This document shows, piece after piece, positions 61,831 through 64,000 of a DNA stretch of 64,000 nucleotides; positions within the stretch are counted from its first letter, which is position 1, and every line of letters starts with the position of its first letter. Below the pieces are notes generated by a model that had not been told where the DNA came from, made no database searches, and saw only the letters and a program-made list of their open reading frames with translations. Source of the stretch: Octopus bimaculoides (taxonomy: Eukaryota); NCBI RefSeq assembly GCF_001194135.2, contig NC_068981.1:198689834-198753833 (forward strand). Direction: 5' to 3'. The translations under genes were made by a program, and so were the position numbers.

Positions 61831-62729
61831 TATCATCCCATCATCATCATCATCATAATCAAATAGCTTAGTAGTTATTGAGATTATTAATAATTCACAA
61901 CACACAATTATAAACTATTTAAGTTTGGGTTTTAAAAGAGAAAAACAAGAAAAAGTGAACCAAGAAAAAGCTGAAATGGAGAATGATTCCAAGAATGAAT
62001 TCTTTTCTTTGAGGGTAAATATTATAAAAACTCTGGATTTTAAAATGATTTTACATTGTAGAAGGAAAAAATTGGGGGAGGAAAAGCTAGAAATTGAAGA
62101 TAAAATTTAAAACATATGTAAAAAAAAAATTAAGCGATAACAAGAGCAGAAAATAATAGAATCAATTTTTAATGTTTTTGATACCCACTTACTTGAAACT
62201 GTTTGTAGTTCTATAATGCAAATATCTTACTTTAAATGTGATCTAAAGTAAAACTTTCCATCAAAATTTCATATCAGTTTATGTACCAAATGAGTTATTT
62301 TGAAATCAATTGAAACATAGGCATTACAGCAGAAGTTTAGTAACAAAAGGGTTAAGGTAGAAAAAATAGATTCGTTGTGAAAGTTGATGACATACCTGTG
62401 TAACATTCTTGCTGAAAATAAGCAGAAGACATGGCAGATGTAAAGTTAAGGATATTGACAAGAAAATAATTTTTAAAATAGTTCTATGCAAATTTAAAGA
62501 AAATATTTCAATCAAATATTCTGAAGAGAAGTATTTGATTATTAAGATGCCATACTAATGATACATTAAGATGTCTTTACCAGAAGCAATATGTCCTTTT
62601 CTTAGCCCTTTCTAAGACTTCATGATATACAAAATGGAGACCAACAGCTTCAATTATTAACACATGTACATGCATACATACACACATAAATATATACATA
62701 TACATACATATACATATACATACATATAA

Positions 62730-62945
62730 GGCGGCGAGCTGGCAGAAACGTTGGCACGCCGGGCGAAATGCTTAGCAGTCTTTCGTCTGCCGTTACGTTC
62801 TGAGTTCAAATTCCGTCGAGGTCGACTTTGCCTGTCATCCTTTCGGGGTCAATTAAATAAATACCAGTTACACACTGGGGTTGATATAATCGACTTAATC
62901 CGTTTGTCTGTCCTTGTTTGTCCTTGTGGGTAGTGAAGAAATAAT
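62730..62945 (+). mobile_element. tRNA-derived SINE, family 2 (further copies about 11900-12120, 13100-13310 [-], 15680-15830 [-], 25650-25870 [-], 36615-36830)
   Basis: GGCGGCGAGCTGGCAGAAACG...GAGTTCAAATTCC..GAGGTCGACTTTGCC conserved between copies. Confidence 0.72.
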
Positions 62946-63199
62946 ACATACATATATATGTGTGTAAATAAATAGGTAGAGCTGATAAACTCATGTAATT
63001 TTCATTTGTGTTTGTATTTAACCCTGTTGATGCCAATCCATCTATGACCACCCTGATTCTCTGATATGAATTTCTTCCTTCAAAGTGATAGAACTTTCCA
63101 TCAAAACAATGACAGTTATTTTACTAAGTTTGTCATTATTTTCAAAATTAATTTAAATAAAGGCAGTGTATTTCAATGGAAATACGGTAACAAAATTAG

Positions 63200-63640
63200 G
63201 GTTAATCCATTAGAAATTATGAAAGGGGACAAACTAAACTTTGAACAATGGGAATTTATCCTCAAGTGTTACATGAAGTTTGAAAATGTAGTTGAAATGC
63301 AAAGACAGTTTAGGAAGGAGTTTCAAACAGGTCGACCAACATGACTTTCTGCCACTCAATTTGGAGTTTAGTTTGAAGTTGATGGAACTGCTCAGAATGG
63401 TCTCAAAAAATATTCTGGATGACAGCAAATGTCAACAAGAAAAAGGGACCAAATACATATTGCCACAGTTCAAGAAAATCAGTAGAGTGAGGGAGTTGTG
63501 AGATGGAAATTCCCAAATCAAGCATCCATTGTGTTTTGAAGCAATTCCATTGGAAAAGTGACATTCCAAGAATAGTCCATGTGCTCAATGTAAATAATCA
63601 AGATGGAAGAGTGAAGTTTTGTGAGTTGACATGGTGTGAA
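63200..63640 (+). mobile_element. Tc1/mariner (DUF4817-type) transposase N-terminal remnant
   Basis: MKGDKLNFEQWEFILKCYMKFENVVEMQRQFRKEF...KFEVDGT...IPKSSIHCVLK...HVLN...DGRVKFC; stops and frameshifts. Confidence 0.75.
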
Positions 63641-63664
63641 GAAAATGGTCGATGTTCAAAACAA

Positions 63665-63997
63665 AGAATGTTTGGAGATATGCAGGACACTGACTGGGAG
63701 AACAATGCCTGTCATCGCCATGGATGGAGGAAGCAGGTTAAGGAGGGGATCGACACTTTTGAGAGAGCACGTATCCAGCATGAAGAACTTAAGCGAGCTG
63801 CGCGAAAGCGCACGGCTCGTATAGTGAATGGGGAAAGCTTGGTCTGCAATGATTGCAGTCGTGTATGCTTGTCAAGAGCAGGGCTCATTAGCCACCAATG
63901 GAGCCGCAAATGCAAAATATAAGTTAGTCCTAGAGCGCACTATGTTCCTGAAGGTCTGCAATGGTCTTCCTCGGTCACGAGTGGACGGCCATCATGT
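63665..63997 (+). mobile_element. RTE LINE 3' end
   Basis: WENNACHRHGWR..V.EG...FE..R...K.AARK...CNDCSRVCLSRAGLISH plus short 3' UTR. Confidence 0.8.
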
Positions 63998-64000
63998 GTG

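Noticed and set aside
62193-62515. Candidate first/signal-peptide exon(s) of gene B (donors at 62396 and 62193; hydrophobic frame IIFLSISLTLHLPCLLLIFS)
   Set aside because: The hydrophobic frame has no ATG and the wrong phase; the in-phase ATG gives MSSAYFQQECYT, not a signal peptide. Unresolved without cDNA.

Overview
Eukaryotic, very repeat-rich draft-assembly window with many N gaps. The repeat landscape and gene family point to a coleoid cephalopod, probably Octopus (inference). It holds two convergent (tail-to-tail), intron-rich paralogous genes for secreted astacin-family (M12A) zinc metalloproteases with one C-terminal MAM domain, the architecture known for astacin-like squid metalloprotease/myosinase. 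Gene A is on + (587-18128, 8 exons visible, one internal exon not found and probably in an N gap). Gene B is on - (57805-21674, 9 exons). Exon sizes and phases match between them (33/44/76/136/176/246/165/248-254/last). Neither signal-peptide exon was identified. The most interesting signal is a difference in predicted zymogen activation: gene A keeps the FxGD aspartate-switch motif and a monobasic cleavage site, whereas gene B has YDAN in that position and gains an R-F-K-R furin-type site. The rest is transposons (RTE, CR1-like and R4/Dong-like LINEs, Tc1/mariner, a Helitron with an internal inversion, tRNA-derived SINEs), microsatellites, 26/33/34-bp minisatellites and an 83-bp near-perfect hairpin. 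No CRISPR, rRNA or true tRNA gene is supported.
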